NCBI GenBank assembly: GCA_030267125.1
Contig: JAJDJJ010000003.1
Location: 309-64,308, forward strand
Length of the DNA stretch: 64,000 nt
Direction: 5' to 3'
Origin: Bacteroidales bacterium OttesenSCG-928-B11
GTDB lineage: Bacteria; Bacteroidota; Bacteroidia; Bacteroidales; WCHB1-69
The translations under genes and the position numbers were made by a program. The notes beneath the pieces were generated by a model that made no database searches, was not told the origin of the DNA, and saw nothing but the letters and a program-made list of their open reading frames with translations. Shown in pieces: positions 46,101-56,579 of this stretch; position 1 is the stretch's first letter, and the number at the start of each line of letters is the position of its first letter.

Positions 46101-48464
46101 ATGAACGAAGCAGAAACCAGAGCGGAATTAATCGACCCCAAGCTAAAGGCTTGCGGTTGGGGTGTTGTTGAAGGCTCTAAAGTTCTTCGAGAACATGCTA
46201 TTACTGCGGGAAAAATTCAAACAGGCGGTGGTAGGGGAAAAAGAGAAATCGCCGATTATGTGTTGGTTTACAAAGGAATTAAATTGGCTGTGATTGAAGC
46301 CAAAAGTGATGAATTGGAAGTTGGCGAAGGTGTAATGCAAGCCAAAAAGTATGCGGAAAAATTAAAATTAGAAACCACATACAGCGCCAACGGAAAAGAA
46401 ATTTACCAAATCTGCCTAAAAACAGGCGAAGAAAGTTTGGTAAGCGATTTTCTAACTCCCGAACAACTTTGGGATAAAACTTTTCCTGAGCTTATCGAAG
46501 GAAATGCTTCGGACATTGAGCGTAGTCGAAATACCGAACTATGGCGAGAAAAATTTGCATCAGTACCATTTGAAGACAAAAGCGGAACATGGCAACTTCG
46601 GTATTATCAGGAAATTGCGGTGCAAAAAACAGTCGAAGCAATTGCACAAAACAAAGAACGTATTTTGCTTACCCTTGCCACAGGAACGGGAAAAACGGCA
46701 ATCGCTTTTCAAATCGCTTGGAAACTGTTTCAAACCCGCTGGAATTTAAAACGAGACGGCAGCCGCCGTCCAAGAGTTTTATTTTTAGCAGACCGTAATA
46801 TTTTGGCAGACCAAGCCTACAACTCATTTTCGGCATTTCCCGAAGATGCTTTGGTACGGATTAAGCCAAACGAAATAAAGAAAAACGGAAAAGTTCCGAC
46901 TAACGGAAGTATTTTCTTTACTATTTTTCAGACCTTTATGTCGGGCATCGACAGAGAAGGAAATCCTTCGCCTTACTTTGGCGAATATCCTGCCAATTAT
47001 TTTGATTTTATCATCATCGACGAATGCCACCGAGGTGGAGCCAATGACGAAAGCAATTGGCGGGGAATTTTGGATTACTTTTCTCCCGCAGTGCAATTGG
47101 GTTTGACCGCTACACCAAAACGAAAAGATAATGTGGATACGTATCGCTATTTTGGCGAACCGGTTTACATTTATTCGCTCAAAGAAGGTATCAACGATGG
47201 TTTTTTAACGCCATTCAAAGTAAAACGCATCAAAACAACTTTGGACGATTACCGCTACACTTCGGACGATACCGTTGTAGAAGGCGAAATCGAAGAAGGC
47301 AAACTCTATGAAGAGAAAGACTTTAACCGCACCATTGAAATCGTAGAACGAGAAACCAAGCGGGTGAACATATACTTGGAAGAAGCCAATCAAAAAGAAA
47401 AGGCTATCGTTTTCTGTGCCAATCAAGGTCATGCGGCATTGATTCGAGATTTAATCAATCAAAATGCAAAAAGTAAAGACCCTTTTTACTGTGTTCGCGT
47501 AACCGCCAACGATGGCGAAGAAGGCGAACGATTGTTGAGAGAATTTCAGGATAACGAAAAAATAATTCCTACCATTCTCACAACTTCACAAAAGCTTTCT
47601 ACGGGTGTTGATGCACGGAATATTCGCAATATTGTGTTGCTTCGTCCAGTCAATTCGATGATTGAGTTTAAACAAATAGTCGGGCGTGGAACCCGTTTGT
47701 TTGATGGGAAAGAGTTTTTTACCATTTACGATTTTGTTGATGCGTACAAACATTTTTCCGATCCCGAATGGGACGGAGAACCTTTGGAAAGTGAGCCGAC
47801 AGATGTTGTAACCGAACCGAGAGTACCATACGAGCCAAATGAGCCAAAAGAACCGACTAAAATAGAACGCAAACAGAAAATCAAAATCAAATTGCGAAAT
47901 GGAAAAGAAAGAGAAATACAATCAATGATTTCAACTTCTTTTTGGAGTGCAGAAGGCAAGCCTATTTCAGCAGAAGAATTTTTAAATAATCTGTTTGGCG
48001 AGTTACCTAAACTTTTCAAAGATGAAGAAGAATTGCGGAAACTGTGGAGTAATCCCATTACCCGAAAGGTTTTGTTAGAGAATTTGGAATCGGCAGGTTT
48101 CCCGAAAGACGATTTACTGACTTTGCAAAAGTTGGTAGATATGGAAAAGAGCGACTTATATGATGTGTTGGAATACGTTTTCAATGGCGACTACATCGCA
48201 ATGACAAGAGAAGCCAGAGCCAAAGCAGCCGAAGCAACAATCTTTGCCTTACTCAACGACCAACAAAAAGAGTTTATCTCTTTCGTTTTGAGCAAATACA
48301 TTGAAACAGGTGTGGACGAGCTCGACCAAGACAAGTTGCCGATTTTGCTCACAAACAAATATCAATCCTTGGAAGACGCAAAAGAAATTTTAGGCGATGT
48401 GGCAAACATCAGCAAGTTGTTTGTAGAATTTCAAGAGCACCTTTATTTAAAAAGAATAGCATGA
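46101..48464 (+). CDS. hsdR: Type I R-M restriction subunit (EcoAI/EcoEI-like)
   Basis: NEAETRAELID, ADYVL..IEAK nuclease, LRYYQ, ATGTGKT, DECH, TATP, QIVGRGTR. Confidence 0.95.
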   Translation: MNEAETRAELIDPKLKACGWGVVEGSKVLREHAITAGKIQTGGGRGKREIADYVLVYKGIKLAVIEAKSDELEVGEGVMQAKKYAEKLKLETTYSANGKEIYQICLKTGEESLVSDFLTPEQLWDKTFPELIEGNASDIERSRNTELWREKFASVPFEDKSGTWQLRYYQEIAVQKTVEAIAQNKERILLTLATGTGKTAIAFQIAWKLFQTRWNLKRDGSRRPRVLFLADRNILADQAYNSFSAFPEDALVRIKPNEIKKNGKVPTNGSIFFTIFQTFMSGIDREGNPSPYFGEYPANYFDFIIIDECHRGGANDESNWRGILDYFSPAVQLGLTATPKRKDNVDTYRYFGEPVYIYSLKEGINDGFLTPFKVKRIKTTLDDYRYTSDDTVVEGEIEEGKLYEEKDFNRTIEIVERETKRVNIYLEEANQKEKAIVFCANQGHAALIRDLINQNAKSKDPFYCVRVTANDGEEGERLLREFQDNEKIIPTILTTSQKLSTGVDARNIRNIVLLRPVNSMIEFKQIVGRGTRLFDGKEFFTIYDFVDAYKHFSDPEWDGEPLESEPTDVVTEPRVPYEPNEPKEPTKIERKQKIKIKLRNGKEREIQSMISTSFWSAEGKPISAEEFLNNLFGELPKLFKDEEELRKLWSNPITRKVLLENLESAGFPKDDLLTLQKLVDMEKSDLYDVLEYVFNGDYIAMTREARAKAAEATIFALLNDQQKEFISFVLSKYIETGVDELDQDKLPILLTNKYQSLEDAKEILGDVANISKLFVEFQEHLYLKRIA

Positions 48465-48629
48465 TATAAATATAGAATTAAATATTGTAATCAAACCGAA
48501 CTTTTCGGCCGAGCGTTATATGTCACTCTAAAGAAAGCTATGGAATAATGTCTCTGTCGGAAACAGAAATTCAAATTATCAAAACTTGCGGAAAATGGAA
48601 GTTTTGATAATTTATAATATCTTTGCACG

Positions 48630-49856
48630 ATGAAGAATTTGATAGAAAGAACAGAATATCTTGATAAACTATGGTCATACAAGGATAAAGACATTATCAA
48701 AGTTGTAACTGGTTTACGCCGTTCGGGTAAATCTACGTTGTTAGAATTGTTCAGGAATCATTTATTGAAAAATAACGTAATGCCTGAACAAATACAGCTA
48801 TATAATTTCGAATTGCCTGAAAATTTTCTGAACAAAACATGGGAAACGCTTTATTTTGAAATAAAATCGAAGTTGCAGACAGATAAATCAAATTACATTT
48901 TTCTCGATGAAATTCAGAATATTGCCAATTTTGAAAAATTAGTTGATGGACTTTATGCAACCGAAAATACAGATGTCTATATCACAGGTTCCAATGCCAA
49001 TTTACTATCAAGTGAATTAGCTACTTTATTGAGTGGTAGATATATAGAAGTTTCTATTTTACCTTTTTCTTTCGCCGAATATTTGGAAGCCAGAAGCATT
49101 GATATAAGCAATAAATACTTGAATTACGAAGCATTATTTTATGATTATGTAAACGAAACTTCGTTGCCGAAAGGCGTTGATTTGAGGGAAGAAGGTTTTG
49201 ATAAAATTTACGAATACCTTGAAGCTTTGTATACTACAATTATCGAAAAAGATATAACGCAACGATATAAAATCAACGATAAGCGAGCATTTGGAAATGT
49301 CGCTAAATTTTTGGCAGGCAATATCGGCAATCAAGTATCGCCGAGTAGCATTTCAAAAGCATTAAAAGCGGATAATCAAAATATTCACCATGCCACTGTA
49401 GAAAAATTTATTGGGTATTTAGTCGAAAGTTTTGTCTTTTATTGCGTCAATCGTTTCGATGTGAAAGGGAAAAAACAACTGGCTACACAGGAGAAATATT
49501 ACTTGGTGGATTTGGGTTTACTAAACATATTGCTTGGCAGAGAAAAAACAGCAGACAGAGGGCATATTCTTGAGAATATTGTATATCTTGAACTGCTAAG
49601 ACGAGGTTGCAAAATCTGGACAGGTGCGCTTCGTAACAGTGAGATTGATTTTGTTGTTAAAAATCGAATAGGAGAAATCGAATATTACCAAGTTTCGTGG
49701 GAAATTTCAAGCACAGAAACTGAAGAACGTGAATTTAGTCCATTGAAAAAAGTGAAAGACAATTATCCTAAATTTCTACTTACGACTGAATCATTTCCTC
49801 AAAGTAGAGATGGAATAATTCACAGAAATGTATTTGAATGGTTATTAGAGAAATAG
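48630..49856 (+). CDS. AAA+ ATPase with DUF4143 domain
   Basis: GLRRSGKS, LDEIQ, TGSNA, LSGRY, KYYLVDLG, EIDFV. Confidence 0.88.
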   Translation: MKNLIERTEYLDKLWSYKDKDIIKVVTGLRRSGKSTLLELFRNHLLKNNVMPEQIQLYNFELPENFLNKTWETLYFEIKSKLQTDKSNYIFLDEIQNIANFEKLVDGLYATENTDVYITGSNANLLSSELATLLSGRYIEVSILPFSFAEYLEARSIDISNKYLNYEALFYDYVNETSLPKGVDLREEGFDKIYEYLEALYTTIIEKDITQRYKINDKRAFGNVAKFLAGNIGNQVSPSSISKALKADNQNIHHATVEKFIGYLVESFVFYCVNRFDVKGKKQLATQEKYYLVDLGLLNILLGREKTADRGHILENIVYLELLRRGCKIWTGALRNSEIDFVVKNRIGEIEYYQVSWEISSTETEEREFSPLKKVKDNYPKFLLTTESFPQSRDGIIHRNVFEWLLEK

Positions 49857-49886
49857 AATCCAAACAAAATAATATGTAAACAGAAG

Positions 49887-50549
49887 ATGAACACTGACTT
49901 ACTATTTTTCTGCACCATGTGCCGCGAGAAACCGCTCGAAGAGATTGCCAACCTGAAATGTACGATCAATCATAAAATCAAAACGTACAAAAAAGGAGAA
50001 TACATTGCTTGTCAGGGAGATCACATTTCGCACCTCTATATGCTCTCTAAGGGCAAGGTGAAAACAGAGATCATTTCCGAATCCGGATTTACAATTTCGG
50101 TGGAAGAGATTGAAGCGCCTTATCCGTTGGCGGCCGCATTTCTCTTTTCTGACAACAGTTGCTTCCCGGTGGATGTAATCGCTTTAGAAGATTGCGAAAT
50201 AATCCTGATCAGCAAAGCAGCTATCGAAACCCAAATCGCGAAGTGCTCCGGATTTTTGAAAGGTTTTATGGCTTACATCTCTAATAGCGTGCAATCTCTG
50301 TCGGAAAGGCTGAAGATATTTTCGCAAAAAGGGATCAAAGCCAAAATCGCATACTACATTTTGCGACACGACAAAAAAGGGTCTTTCGAATTGGGAAGAA
50401 GCATTGTTTCGTTGGCCGAATATTTTGGAGTAGAACGCCCGTCGCTGTCAAGAGCTATTTCTGAGATGGTGAAAGATGGAGTTATTGAATACGAAAATGG
50501 CAAAGGGAAGATTTTGAAATATAATGATCTGAATGAGTTATTAGGATGA
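49887..50549 (+). CDS. Crp/Fnr-family regulator (HcpR-like)
   Basis: cNMP-like domain YKKGEYIACQGD...PVDVIALEDC; HTH LAEYFGVERPSLSR typical of HcpR. Confidence 0.85.
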   Translation: MNTDLLFFCTMCREKPLEEIANLKCTINHKIKTYKKGEYIACQGDHISHLYMLSKGKVKTEIISESGFTISVEEIEAPYPLAAAFLFSDNSCFPVDVIALEDCEIILISKAAIETQIAKCSGFLKGFMAYISNSVQSLSERLKIFSQKGIKAKIAYYILRHDKKGSFELGRSIVSLAEYFGVERPSLSRAISEMVKDGVIEYENGKGKILKYNDLNELLG

Positions 50550-51442
50550 CGAATCCATTATTTCAAGGATATCTATTTTACAATGAACACATTAAAACAT
50601 TGAGAAAAAACAACACTATACAGGAGATACTGGCAAAAGACCATTTTATTGAAATCTTTCGTCTCGAAGATATTGACGAAACCGTTTTCAATAATTATCA
50701 GCGATACGATTTTTACCAGCTTATTTGGTTTACGAAAATAAGCGGAAACGACCGTTATTTTCTTGACTTCAACGAGCATTTAATTTACAACAATCAAATT
50801 GTCCTGGTTTTCCCCGGACAAATAGACAAACTGGATATTGAAGGGAATGAAGGGTTTCTTTTTGCTATCCACCCCGATAATTTTTTCCGGATTAATCAAC
50901 GTATGAATTCCGCTTATTTGAACGGATATTTTTCTAACATATTCATTTCACCCGATGCGGAGACGACCGAGTTATTGGAAGTATTTAAAGATCTACTGCT
51001 ACAGGAGTCTAACTCGCTCAACCGGATTCTTTTGAAAGAGATTTACATAGAAGCATTCTTATTCCACATTGTCGATTTTTTCAAAAAAACAGACGCTTAC
51101 AAAAACCAAGTTGATTTTCAGATTCCCCAACTCATGAAATTGATCGACGCCAATTTTATACATCATCGCGAAACGGATTTCTATGCTCAGCAGATGAATA
51201 TCAGCTGTAAGAAACTGAATATCATTTCTGTAAAAGGAACTGGAAAAACCGTAAAACAACATCTGCAAGAACGTCTTGTATTGGAAACAAAAAAAGAGAT
51301 CCGTCTGAAGGAGAAAAATTTAAAAGAGATCTCTTTTGCTCTCGGGTTTGAAGACCCTGCCTATTTCACTCGTTTTTTTAAAAAACAAACCGGAATAACC
51401 CCTGTTGAATTTCGAGAAAACGAGGAGAATAAGTTCAAGTAA
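50546..51442 (+). CDS. AraC-family transcriptional regulator
   Basis: C-terminal LKEISFALGFEDPAYFTRFFKKQTGITP. Confidence 0.92.
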   Translation: MTNPLFQGYLFYNEHIKTLRKNNTIQEILAKDHFIEIFRLEDIDETVFNNYQRYDFYQLIWFTKISGNDRYFLDFNEHLIYNNQIVLVFPGQIDKLDIEGNEGFLFAIHPDNFFRINQRMNSAYLNGYFSNIFISPDAETTELLEVFKDLLLQESNSLNRILLKEIYIEAFLFHIVDFFKKTDAYKNQVDFQIPQLMKLIDANFIHHRETDFYAQQMNISCKKLNIISVKGTGKTVKQHLQERLVLETKKEIRLKEKNLKEISFALGFEDPAYFTRFFKKQTGITPVEFRENEENKFK

Positions 51443-51514
51443 AAGGAGCAAAACTGCAAGGTTGCTCCACCAGATTCTTCCTACTTTTGCCGCTTGCAAA
51501 AAAACAACTGAAAC

Positions 51515-52723
51515 ATGAAAGAATTTGGCTTGACTCAGTGGGTGATTATTAGTATTCTTTCTCTTTTAACCGCTCTCGAACCTTTAAGCATAGACCTTTA
51601 TTTACCCGGATTCATTCTGATTTCGGAATCGTTCTCCACACCTATTTCTTCGGTACAAATTTCGCTGTCCGCTTTTTTACTGGGATTTGCGCTCGGGCAG
51701 TTATTTTGGGGTCCTCTTGCCGATCGTTTCGGACGTAAAAAACCCATATTGGCATCTTTGGCCATTTTTATAGTTGCCTCAATTGCATGCATTTATGCTC
51801 ATTCTATCGAACAATTTTGGGTATTTCGCTTCATCCAAGCTATCGGCGGATGCGGCGGAGTAGTTATCTCGAGAGCCGTTGTCACCGATTATTTTGAAAG
51901 CTCGAAAACGTTAAAAATATTTTCACTATTAGCTTTGATCATGGGTGTTGCTCCGATTATCGCTCCTACTATTGGCAACACTGTCATCAATGCCTTCAGC
52001 TGGGAAGGAGCATTTTTCGCCATGCTTTTTTTAGGAGTATTACTATTTTTCCTCACCTTGTTTTTTCTTCCCGAAACACATAGAAACAGCTATCCGAAAA
52101 CAGAAAAGAATGTATTTAAAGGATATTTTGAAATACTAAAAATCCGGAAATTCTTAATTTACTCTATTTTAGGCGGTATCGCTAACGGCGCATTGATGAT
52201 ATACGTTGGCAACGGCCCCTTTCTCATCATGGAAAAAGGAGGTTTTTCAAACAACATGTTCAGCCTTATTTTCGGAACAAATGCGCTGGGATTGATGATT
52301 GCTTCTTCCATTACACCGACATTGCAAAGACAAATTCCAACAGAAAAATTAGTGAAATATGCGTTAACATTTATGTTTGGGGCAAGCATCATATTATTAG
52401 GCGCAATGCTTGCAAACACACACATCCACATTATTTTAGCCATTCTATTTTTATATGTTTTCCCTATCGGGATACTGCTCCCCACCACAACCGAACTTGC
52501 CATCACACCTTTTATCGAGAACAGCGGAACCGCTTCCGCACTTTACGGATCTATCCAATTGTCCGTTGCTTTTATCTGTTCGATGGTCTCCAACTACATG
52601 AGTAACGGCACACTCATCATGGTTGGAACAGCATTTGTCCTTTGCAGCACAATAGGTTTTGCATTAATTTTCACTCGAATAAATTTACCCGAAAAGAGCA
52701 AAATAATGGAAAATCCGATGTAA
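51515..52723 (+). CDS. Bcr/CflA-family MFS drug-efflux transporter
   Basis: SIDLYLPG, GPLADRFGRK, RFIQAIGG, APIIAPTIG, LPET. Confidence 0.92.
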   Translation: MKEFGLTQWVIISILSLLTALEPLSIDLYLPGFILISESFSTPISSVQISLSAFLLGFALGQLFWGPLADRFGRKKPILASLAIFIVASIACIYAHSIEQFWVFRFIQAIGGCGGVVISRAVVTDYFESSKTLKIFSLLALIMGVAPIIAPTIGNTVINAFSWEGAFFAMLFLGVLLFFLTLFFLPETHRNSYPKTEKNVFKGYFEILKIRKFLIYSILGGIANGALMIYVGNGPFLIMEKGGFSNNMFSLIFGTNALGLMIASSITPTLQRQIPTEKLVKYALTFMFGASIILLGAMLANTHIHIILAILFLYVFPIGILLPTTTELAITPFIENSGTASALYGSIQLSVAFICSMVSNYMSNGTLIMVGTAFVLCSTIGFALIFTRINLPEKSKIMENPM

Positions 52724-52801
52724 TTTCACATGGAAAATGAAAAAGCAAATCACATCAAGACAAATGCTGTTTGCATGTTTACTTTAAGAATTTAAGATAC
52801 A

Positions 52802-53497
52802 CTAAAAAAGAAATCCCAAATTAAAATAATATTGACCTCTTCTTAGGGTTGCAAAATCTCTATAAGGGCCTTGAAATTTATTGATTAAGCCCCAATCATA
52901 TCCGGTTTTAATGATGAATTTCTCAAAAAGCACTGTCCCGACACCCAAACCCAATTGCAAGTCAAAGCGGTTGTAGCGCATCTGACCAATCTCATCAAGC
53001 ATCCATTCAAGGCCGCCACTTGAAGAGATCTTTCCGGTGTAGTAATCTATCTCGACACTTCCTTTATCCAGAAGCCCTACGGATGAATATTCCGCTTTAC
53101 TTTTAAACGACAATCCGATGTCAAATCTTGGACCGGCAAAAGCAAATAATTTAAAATTATCATTAAATCCATACTCATAACTCACATTAAGGGGAATACT
53201 TAAATAATGACTAATCATCTCACTTTTTATCGTTTCTCCCCAAAACGACTCTTTCTCTTGCTTCATCATAAAACTGTAAACCAATCCTGCCTGCACAGAA
53301 ATACCGAAATCAATATCGTATTTATAATTCCCGCCAATATTGAATCCGTGCAAATTATTCAACTCATTTCCATAATCACTTTTCATATTGTGGGGAGAAA
53401 ACAGATACCCTGCTTCTACTCCTATACCCATTTGCGAATAGCTTTTACTACAAAACAGCAACAAAGACAGTGCCAATAAAAGTGTAATTTTTTTCAT
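52802..53497 (-). CDS. Outer-membrane beta-barrel (porin-family) protein
   Basis: Signal peptide, amphipathic strands (YLSIPLNVSY, FAFAGPRFDIGL), terminal FNLGFLF. Confidence 0.8.
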   Translation of the reverse strand: MKKITLLLALSLLLFCSKSYSQMGIGVEAGYLFSPHNMKSDYGNELNNLHGFNIGGNYKYDIDFGISVQAGLVYSFMMKQEKESFWGETIKSEMISHYLSIPLNVSYEYGFNDNFKLFAFAGPRFDIGLSFKSKAEYSSVGLLDKGSVEIDYYTGKISSSGGLEWMLDEIGQMRYNRFDLQLGLGVGTVLFEKFIIKTGYDWGLINKFQGPYRDFATLRRGQYYFNLGFLF

Positions 53498-53653
53498 AAT
53501 TCTGTATTTTAATTGATTTTTATAAAAAACAAAAATAGGAAAAAATGGTTCACAATCCATATTTTCCTATTATTAATTAGCAGTTTGAAAACCTCCGATT
53601 AAAAATCAACAGTCAACTTGCATTTCACGCACAACACCTGCATCTCCAACTAT

Positions 53654-56080
53654 CTATTTCATAACCGTATAACCTACGGCCTCTTTCATTGTTTCGAAAT
53701 AATGAAAGCTCAATCCATCCACAAAATTTTCTTTAATATCATCGATATCCTTCTTATTTTCAGTTGAGAGGACGATATCGTATATGCCAGCGCGTTTGGC
53801 GGCTAAGATCTTCTCTTTAATACCACCGACGGGCAACAATTTTCCGCGAAGTGTAATTTCGCCGGTCATTGCGATATTTCCACGCACTTTCTTCTGTGTA
53901 AAAGACGACACTAATGAGGTCAGTATGGTAATTCCCGCCGACGGGCCATCTTTCGGAGTTGCGCCTTCGGGAACATGAACATGCACTTTTGTAGTTTCAA
54001 AAATATCGGGATTGATACTGTAATCCTTTGCGTGCGATTTGATATATTCATAGGCGATTGTAGCGGATTCTTTCATCACATCACCGAGATTTCCGGTCAG
54101 TGTCAGTCCTCCTTTTCCCATGCTAGTAACTGATTCCACGAAGAGGATTTCTCCTCCTACGGGAGTCCAAGCCAAACCGGTGGCCACACCTGGCACATCG
54201 TTATCGATTGAACGTTCTTTTTGGAAGATCGGTGCGCCTAATATCACTTTCAGATCTCCCAGTGTCACCTCCGTTTCTAACACACCGTCTTGCACATATT
54301 TGGCTGCGCGGCTACGGATAATCTTCGCAATAGTCCGATCCAGTGTCCGCACGCCCGATTCCCGCGTATAATCCGACACAATATGCTCAATCACCTCATC
54401 TGAAAAAACGATACCTTTTTTTTCCATGCCATGTTCACGGAGTTGCTTAGGCACCAAATGCTTTTGGGCTATTTGGATTTTTTCTTCCAACAAATACCCC
54501 GGAATATCAATAATTTCCATACGATCACGGAGTGCGGGATGGATTGAGGAAAGGTCATTGGCTGTGGCAATGAAAAGCACTTTCGAGAGATCGTAAGGTA
54601 ATTCCAAATAGTTATCGTGGAATGCGGAGTTCTGTTCGGGATCCAGCACTTCGAGCAGTGCAGCCGAAGGATCTCCTTGCACGTTCATCCCTAAAACTTT
54701 ATCAATCTCATCAAGGACAAAGACCGGATTTGACGTTTTTGCTTTGCGCATGTTTTGAATAATCCTGCCGGCCATAGCCCCGATATAGGTTTTGCGATGC
54801 CCGCGAATCTCTGACTCATCGCGTAATCCACCAAGGGAAACGCGGATATACTTGCGATCCAACGCTGCTGCGATCGATTTCCCTAACGAAGTTTTACCCA
54901 CTCCAGGAGGGCCGGCCAAGCAAAGTATTGGCGATTTCATGTCACCTTTCAGCTTTAAAATCGCCAAATGTTCAATGATACGTTCTTTCACTTTCTCCAA
55001 GCCAAAGTGATCTTGATCCAGCACTTTGCGGGCGCGTTTCAAGTCGAAATTATCTTTACTGTATTCATTCCAAGGCAAATCCACCATTAATTCCAGATAG
55101 TTCAGCTGAACCGAGAAGTCGGGAGCCATAGGGTTTGTCCGTTCTAATTTTTGCAATTCATTTTCAAATGTCTCGCGAATATCCTTGCTCCATTTTTTCT
55201 TTTTAGCTTTCTCTTGCAGGTCTTCTATTGCCTTATCAGCCGGCGATCCTCCCAGTTCCTGCTGTATAGTCTTCATCTGTTCATTCAGAAAATACTCGCG
55301 CTGCTGTTTATCCATTTCTTGCTTGGACTTATGCTGGATCATATTTTTCAGTTCCAATAGCTGTAAGTCTTTATTTAGCAGGCGCAGGATCATTTTCGCT
55401 CGCAATTCAATATCTTGTGTTTCCAAGATCTCTTGCTTTTCGTTTACACTTGCGGAAAGATTCGATGCCAGATAATTCAACAAAAAGACCGGCGAGTCCA
55501 TGTTTTTCAGGGCAAAACTCGTTTCATTTGGAATATTAGGCGACATTTTGATCATGGCAATCGCTGTATCGCGGATAGAGCCGATCAGCGCTTTAAAGTT
55601 TTCCGTCTCCGTAAGAGCAGTGTCGAAGTCGTTGGTTGGATACTCCCTGACTAACGCTTTAAAATAAGGTTCAAGTTGTGTCAGTTCTTCGATAGCGAAA
55701 CGTTTAACACCTTGCACAATAATAGTCACGCTACCATCAGGCATCGACACATGCCGGATGATGCGCGCCAATGTTCCCACAGGATAAAGATCTTCGATGG
55801 TTGGTTCTTCCACCTCTCCTTCGCGCTGCGTTGCCACACCGATCGGATGATTGCTACGCGCATAATCCTGAACCAATTTGATAGAACGATTCCGTCCCAC
55901 AGTGATCGGGATTACCATCCCTGGAAAGAGAACAGTATTGCGTAAGGGCAGAATCGGTATTGAATCCGGAAGTAGTTCATCTTTCAGGGCGTCTTCATCC
56001 TCTTTAGAAAAAAGCGGGATGATATTGGCGTCGTTATTCATAAAATCGTTGATGAGAAATTTATCGTCTATAGTATCCAT
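53654..56080 (-). CDS. lon: ATP-dependent Lon protease
   Basis: PILPLRNTVLFPG, GPPGVGKTS, LDEIDK, PKDGPSAG, PVGGIKEK. Confidence 0.98.
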   Translation of the reverse strand: MDTIDDKFLINDFMNNDANIIPLFSKEDEDALKDELLPDSIPILPLRNTVLFPGMVIPITVGRNRSIKLVQDYARSNHPIGVATQREGEVEEPTIEDLYPVGTLARIIRHVSMPDGSVTIIVQGVKRFAIEELTQLEPYFKALVREYPTNDFDTALTETENFKALIGSIRDTAIAMIKMSPNIPNETSFALKNMDSPVFLLNYLASNLSASVNEKQEILETQDIELRAKMILRLLNKDLQLLELKNMIQHKSKQEMDKQQREYFLNEQMKTIQQELGGSPADKAIEDLQEKAKKKKWSKDIRETFENELQKLERTNPMAPDFSVQLNYLELMVDLPWNEYSKDNFDLKRARKVLDQDHFGLEKVKERIIEHLAILKLKGDMKSPILCLAGPPGVGKTSLGKSIAAALDRKYIRVSLGGLRDESEIRGHRKTYIGAMAGRIIQNMRKAKTSNPVFVLDEIDKVLGMNVQGDPSAALLEVLDPEQNSAFHDNYLELPYDLSKVLFIATANDLSSIHPALRDRMEIIDIPGYLLEEKIQIAQKHLVPKQLREHGMEKKGIVFSDEVIEHIVSDYTRESGVRTLDRTIAKIIRSRAAKYVQDGVLETEVTLGDLKVILGAPIFQKERSIDNDVPGVATGLAWTPVGGEILFVESVTSMGKGGLTLTGNLGDVMKESATIAYEYIKSHAKDYSINPDIFETTKVHVHVPEGATPKDGPSAGITILTSLVSSFTQKKVRGNIAMTGEITLRGKLLPVGGIKEKILAAKRAGIYDIVLSTENKKDIDDIKENFVDGLSFHYFETMKEAVGYTVMK

Positions 56081-56170
56081 AATTATTTTTCTATTCGTTT
56101 GTTAACAAGTTTCATTGGAACGAGTTCAACGCCTTGTTATTTTTTTCATTCATCCATTAATGCAAACAAA

Positions 56171-56200
56171 TTGAGGCTTCTTTTTTCAAAAAAGCCTCAA
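56171..56200 (-). terminator. Hairpin terminator after rpmE2
   Basis: ttgaggctt...aagcctcaa inverted repeat 25 bp downstream of the stop. Confidence 0.65.
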
Positions 56201-56225
56201 CAGTATTTTTAAAGTGACTAAATAA

Positions 56226-56495
56226 TTAGTTCTCCTTCTTATTATCAAAATGTCTTGCATATTTGCTGCGGAACTTATCCACGCGACCAGCCGTATCTAC
56301 CAGTTTCATTTTTCCTGTGAAGAACGGATGCGACGTATTTGAAATTTCCAATTTGATGAGTGGATATTCTTTCCCATCTTCCCAGGTGATGGTGTCTTTT
56401 GTATTCACTGTTGATTTTGTCAAAAACGCAACTTCGTTAGACATGTCTTTGAAAACCACTGTTCTATACTCTTTAGGATGGATGTCTTTTTTCAT
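56226..56495 (-). CDS. rpmE2: 50S ribosomal protein L31 type B (Zn-free)
   Basis: [32 protein letters not shown]; no Cys. Confidence 0.95.
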   Translation of the reverse strand: MKKDIHPKEYRTVVFKDMSNEVAFLTKSTVNTKDTITWEDGKEYPLIKLEISNTSHPFFTGKMKLVDTAGRVDKFRSKYARHFDNKKEN

Positions 56496-56579
56496 TTCTA
56501 TCTACTTTAAATTTTCGGACTGCAAAAATACATTTTTTTCCTTATGAAACAACGGGGTTAAGAAAATAATTTCCCATCC

